Of a stretch of DNA of 64,000 nucleotides, positions 60,362 through 64,000 are shown in pieces. Under the pieces are notes generated by a model, which was given only the letters and a program-made list of their open reading frames with translations, did not search any database and was not told the origin of the DNA. Where the stretch lies: contig CAVRVY010000002.1 of assembly GCA_963724765.1 (NCBI GenBank), positions 320,001 through 384,000 of the forward strand, read 5' to 3'. The stretch's first letter is position 1; each line of letters begins with the position of its first letter. The position numbers and the translations under genes are program-made. The DNA is from an uncultured delta proteobacterium (lineage in GTDB: Bacteria; Desulfobacterota; Binatia; Binatales; Binataceae).

Positions 60362-61843
60362 CTACGAGGCGGCGCGCGCCGCGGCGCTCGCGCTGTGGCC
60401 GGCGATCCGGCCGAAGACCGCGCCCGACATCAGTCCCGAGCCGCCGGGATAGTTGTTATGGAACAGGCCGCCGACCATCTCGCCGCACGCGAACAGCCCC
60501 GGCATCGGATCCCAGTCGGTGCCGATCACCTGCGCGTGATCGCTGACCTTCACGCCGCCGAACGAGAACGTGATTCCGCCCGTCACCGGGTAGGCGTAGT
60601 AGGGCGGCGTGTCGAGCTTTTGCGCCCAGTTCGATTTCTTAAGCGCGAGGCCCTCTGTATGCATCCCGTCGCGCACGCCAGGGTTGAACGATCCCTTGCC
60701 GGCCGCGGCGTTGTACTCGCCCAGCGTGCGCGTCGCGGCCGTGCGATCGAGTCCGAGCTGAGCGACAAGGCCGTCGAGCGTGTCGGCGACGATCGGCCGG
60801 CCGGTTGCGTAGCGCGGCTCGAGCAGTGCAACGGCCTTGCTGTCGAAAATCTGCCAGCCGACCGTGCCCGGCTGATTGAGGATGGTCCCGCCGAACTTGG
60901 CGTAGGTGTAAAGGTTCTGGTCCTCGCCCTCGTCGACGAAGCGCTGGCCCAGCTTGTTGAGCATCACGCCGTAAACGTAGGAGAGGCGGTTGGTCTTGTC
61001 GGTAAGCTCGCGATCGCCGTAGGGCGGCGCCTCGGCGTCGATCGGTGTCGCATGGCATCCGCTCCATTGCCCCCACGGCATCGCGCCGATCTCCATCGCC
61101 ATGCGCAGCCCGTCGCCCTGGTTATGCCGGGTGCCGCGCACGCGCGCGTGATCCCACGGGCGGCCGAGATACTGCGCGCGCCACGCCATGTTGGCCTCGA
61201 AGCCGCCGCATCCGAGCACCACCGCGCCGGCGCTGATTTCGCGGATCCCGTCGGCGTCGCGCATCAAGACGCCGCAGATGCGCCCCTTGCGATCCTGCAC
61301 CAGGCGCTGCACCGGCGCGCCGTAACGGATTTCGACTCCCGCGCGGCGGGCGATGTTGAACCACATCCGCGAGAGCCCCACGCCCTCATGCGCGGCGCGC
61401 ACGATCGCGCCCTTGGGCCATTTGATCACGTTGCCGACGCGCACGCCGCTCAGCGACAGCGCGAGTTCGAAGGCCATCCCCTGCTCGGCCATCCAGCACA
61501 CCGTCTCGTAGGAGTTCGCGATCAGGATTTGTGAGAGCTCCGGGTCGGTGCGGCCGTCGGTCACGCGCATGAGGTCCTCGCGGAACGCGTCGGCGGGATA
61601 GGCCTCGATTCCCTCCATGAAGCCTGCGACCTCGCGCGCCTTGGGCACCAGGCGCAGCAGGTCGTCGGGACGGTTGAACGCGAAGCGGAACAGGCCGCCG
61701 CTGAAATGAGTGTTGCCGCCGCGGTCGTGCTCGGGGGCCTTTTCCAGCACCAGCACGCGCTCCGCGCCCGCGCCGCGCGCCGAGACACTGGCCGCGAGCG
61801 CTGCGTTGCCCGCTCCTATAACGATAACGTCGTATTCCGCCAT
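60362..61843 (-). CDS. FAD-dependent tricarballylate dehydrogenase (TcuA)-like flavoprotein
   Basis: GAGNAAL, RGGNTHF, GGFEAN, GDG, G.RFVDEG, GITFSFGG, NYPGGSGLMSG. Confidence 0.88.
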   Translation of the reverse strand: MAEYDVIVIGAGNAALAASVSARGAGAERVLVLEKAPEHDRGGNTHFSGGLFRFAFNRPDDLLRLVPKAREVAGFMEGIEAYPADAFREDLMRVTDGRTDPELSQILIANSYETVCWMAEQGMAFELALSLSGVRVGNVIKWPKGAIVRAAHEGVGLSRMWFNIARRAGVEIRYGAPVQRLVQDRKGRICGVLMRDADGIREISAGAVVLGCGGFEANMAWRAQYLGRPWDHARVRGTRHNQGDGLRMAMEIGAMPWGQWSGCHATPIDAEAPPYGDRELTDKTNRLSYVYGVMLNKLGQRFVDEGEDQNLYTYAKFGGTILNQPGTVGWQIFDSKAVALLEPRYATGRPIVADTLDGLVAQLGLDRTAATRTLGEYNAAAGKGSFNPGVRDGMHTEGLALKKSNWAQKLDTPPYYAYPVTGGITFSFGGVKVSDHAQVIGTDWDPMPGLFACGEMVGGLFHNNYPGGSGLMSGAVFGRIAGHSASAAARAAS

Positions 61844-61995
61844 GACGCTCCTTCGCCTGTGTCTCGAATTCAACGCGATCATTGCACAAAAGGACACGCG
61901 CGCGAAAAGCCGCAACGCGTCGGTTCGCGCGCGCGTGTGGAGCGAGTCCGAAAAGCTTTTCTAATTCCTTTTTGTTATCTGAGGATTTTTCTTAT

Positions 61996-62030
61996 CCCTC
62001 CCCTTGTCCAAGGAGAGGGTAGGGGAGAGG
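61996..62030. repeat. REP-like palindrome CCCTCCCCTTG-TC-CAAGGAGAGGG with G-rich tail
   Basis: Matches the common CCCTC...GAGGG extragenic palindrome pattern; single copy in window. Confidence 0.45.
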
Positions 62031-62114
62031 TCAGAAATCCCGGCGGGCGGATATAATGCGTCTGGAGCGCGCCGGCGCAAGGCGCCGCGGGGATCTATTC
62101 AGGAGGGCATACGG

Positions 62115-63032
62115 ATGACGTGGCTGACGCAAGCGGATAGCGCGGCACCGGCGGGCGAGCGGCTGGCGAAGCTGTGGGAGCGGCCGGGCATCGTGATGAT
62201 TCCCGGCGCGCATAATGGCCTGGCCGCGATGCTCGCGCGGCGCGCGGGCTTCGAGGCGCTCTATCTCTCGGGCGCGGCGCTGAGCGCGAGCATGGGTCTC
62301 GCCGACCTCGGGGTCATGACCGTCGAGGAGCTGTCGATGTTTGCGCGGATGATCTGCCGCGCCGCAGGATTGCCGCTGATCGTCGATGCCGACACGGGCT
62401 ATGGCGGAATTCTCAACGTGATGCGCGTGGTGCGCGAGCTTGAAGACGCGGGCGCCGCGGCGATCCAGATCGAAGATCAGCTACTGCCGAAGAAGTGCGG
62501 TCATCTGAATGACAAGCTGCTCGCCGCGCCGGAAGAGGCGGCGGCGCGGATCGCGGCGGCGCGCCGCGCGCGCCGAAGCCTCCGCATAATCGCGCGCACT
62601 GACGCGGCAGCGTCGGAGGGAATCGACGGAGCGCTCAAGCGTGCGCGGCTTTACCTCGACGCAGGCGCCGACGCGATTTTTCCGGAGGCGCTGACCGACG
62701 CGGAGACGTTCCGGCGCTTCGCGCGCGAGATTCGCGCGCCGCTGCTCGCCAACATGACCGAGTTCGGCCGCACGCCGTATCTCACCGCGCAGCAGTTCGA
62801 GGAGTTCGGTTTCAAAATGGTTATCTGGCCGGTCTCGTCGCTGCGAGTCGCGGCCAAAGCGATCGGCGAGCTATATGCGGAGCTTAAGGCGAAGGGCACG
62901 GCGGAGGCGATGCTCGATCGGATGCAGACGCGCGCGGAGCTGTACGAGACGATCGGCTACAGCGACTACGAAAGCCTGGATGCGTCGGTCGCAGCCAGCG
63001 TCGTCCCGCCTGATCCGCGCGGGCGCCGCTAG
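62115..63032 (+). CDS. prpB: 2-methylisocitrate lyase (ICL/PEP mutase family)
   Basis: LYLSGA, DADTGYG, IEDQ..PKKCGH, ARTDA, LANMTEFG. Confidence 0.88.
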   Translation: MTWLTQADSAAPAGERLAKLWERPGIVMIPGAHNGLAAMLARRAGFEALYLSGAALSASMGLADLGVMTVEELSMFARMICRAAGLPLIVDADTGYGGILNVMRVVRELEDAGAAAIQIEDQLLPKKCGHLNDKLLAAPEEAAARIAAARRARRSLRIIARTDAAASEGIDGALKRARLYLDAGADAIFPEALTDAETFRRFAREIRAPLLANMTEFGRTPYLTAQQFEEFGFKMVIWPVSSLRVAAKAIGELYAELKAKGTAEAMLDRMQTRAELYETIGYSDYESLDASVAASVVPPDPRGRR

Positions 63033-63107
63033 GAGTGCGGGCAGTCGCTACACGATGCGATCGCGCTATACTCGCCCGCACCCTATCGATGACGGGAGTC
63101 GCGTTGG

Positions 63108-64000
63108 ATGCCTTTCTCTTATGACGTAGTCGTGGTCGGTGCGGGTAACGCCGCCCTGTGCGCGGCGCTCGCCGCGCGCGAGTCGGGCGTCAGCGTGCTG
63201 GTGCTGGAATGTGCGCCGCAAGCTGAGCGCGGCGGTAACAGCCGCTTCACCGCGGGCGCGATGCGCGTCGCTTATAGCGGTGTCGACGACCTCGCGCGCC
63301 TGATGCCCGACCTCACCGACGAGGACAAGGCGCGCACCGACTTCGGCGCCTATACCGAGGACCAGTTCTTCGACGACCTCGCGCGCGTCACGCAGTACCG
63401 CACTAACCCCGAGTTGGCCGAGCTGCTGGTTCGCCGCAGCTTCGAGACCATGATGTGGATGCGCACCAAGGGCGTGCGCTTTCAGCCGATCTATGGGCGG
63501 CAGGCGTTCAACGTCGGCGGACGCTTCAAGTTCTGGGGCGGGCTGACGGTCGAGGCGTGGGGCGGCGGGCCGGGCCTCGTCGACGCATTGCACGCGGGCG
63601 CGGCGCATCATGGAATCGAGATCTGGTATCAAAGCCGCGCGCTCGAACTCGAGCACGACGACAGCGGCGTGACCGGCGTCGCGATCCGGCGTGAGGGACA
63701 CACGATGATTGTCGGAGCCAAGGCCGTGGTGCTCGCCGCGGGCGGCTTCGAGGCCAACGCCGAGTGGCGCACACGCTACCTCGGTCCCGGGTGGGATCTC
63801 GCCAAGGTGCGCGGCACGCGTTTTAACACCGGCGACGGAATTCGGATGGCGCTGGAAATCGGCGCGATGCCCTACGGCAACTGGTCCGGATGCCATGCGG
63901 TGGGATGGGACCGCAACGCGCCCGAGTTCGGCGACTTAAGCGTCGGCGATGGCTTCCAGAAGCACAGCTACCCGTTCGGAATCATGGTCAACGGGCGCGG
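63108..64000 (+). CDS. Second TcuA-like flavoprotein (truncated by window edge)
   Basis: Manual translation MPFSYDVVVVGAGNAALCAALAARE...RGGNSRFTAG...GGFEAN...NTGDG. Confidence 0.88.
   Translation, partial: MPFSYDVVVVGAGNAALCAALAARESGVSVLVLECAPQAERGGNSRFTAGAMRVAYSGVDDLARLMPDLTDEDKARTDFGAYTEDQFFDDLARVTQYRTNPELAELLVRRSFETMMWMRTKGVRFQPIYGRQAFNVGGRFKFWGGLTVEAWGGGPGLVDALHAGAAHHGIEIWYQSRALELEHDDSGVTGVAIRREGHTMIVGAKAVVLAAGGFEANAEWRTRYLGPGWDLAKVRGTRFNTGDGIRMALEIGAMPYGNWSGCHAVGWDRNAPEFGDLSVGDGFQKHSYPFGIMVNGR

Overview
High-GC bacterial chromosome segment. The mutS-amidase-glnD-xerD-site-2 protease-scpA-scpB order and split gcvPA/gcvPB look Deltaproteobacteria/Binatota-like (inference only). In order it holds: catabolic genes (hydratase, methyltransferase, FMN alpha-hydroxy-acid oxidase); an envelope block (lipoproteins, TolC, LptE, LptD, a 33-Cys lipoprotein) ending at tmRNA (ssrA, tag ADNNGYALAA); a carbamoyltransferase-SxtJ-SxtK-SGNH cluster split by a secreted-protein gene plus an IS1380 remnant; three long back-to-back hairpins; an APC permease; a ~14 kb decayed phage-satellite-like island (25401-39365); then folD, gcvT/PA/PB without gcvH, mobA, mutS, amidase, glnD, xerD, scpAB, a GNAT-acyl-CoA synthetase fusion, and a PrpF/TcuA/PrpB/TcuA cluster. 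The island is bounded by 12-bp direct repeats with arm-like repeats and carries a broken tyrosine integrase, AlpA, a broken primase-helicase, three different iteron-like arrays and an intact tandem ADP-ribosyltransferase-like gene. The most unusual signals are two island tracts with mirror-image strand-specific GG depletion, the tandem ART-like protein, and the triple hairpin. All family assignments come from motif recognition by eye; no database search was run.
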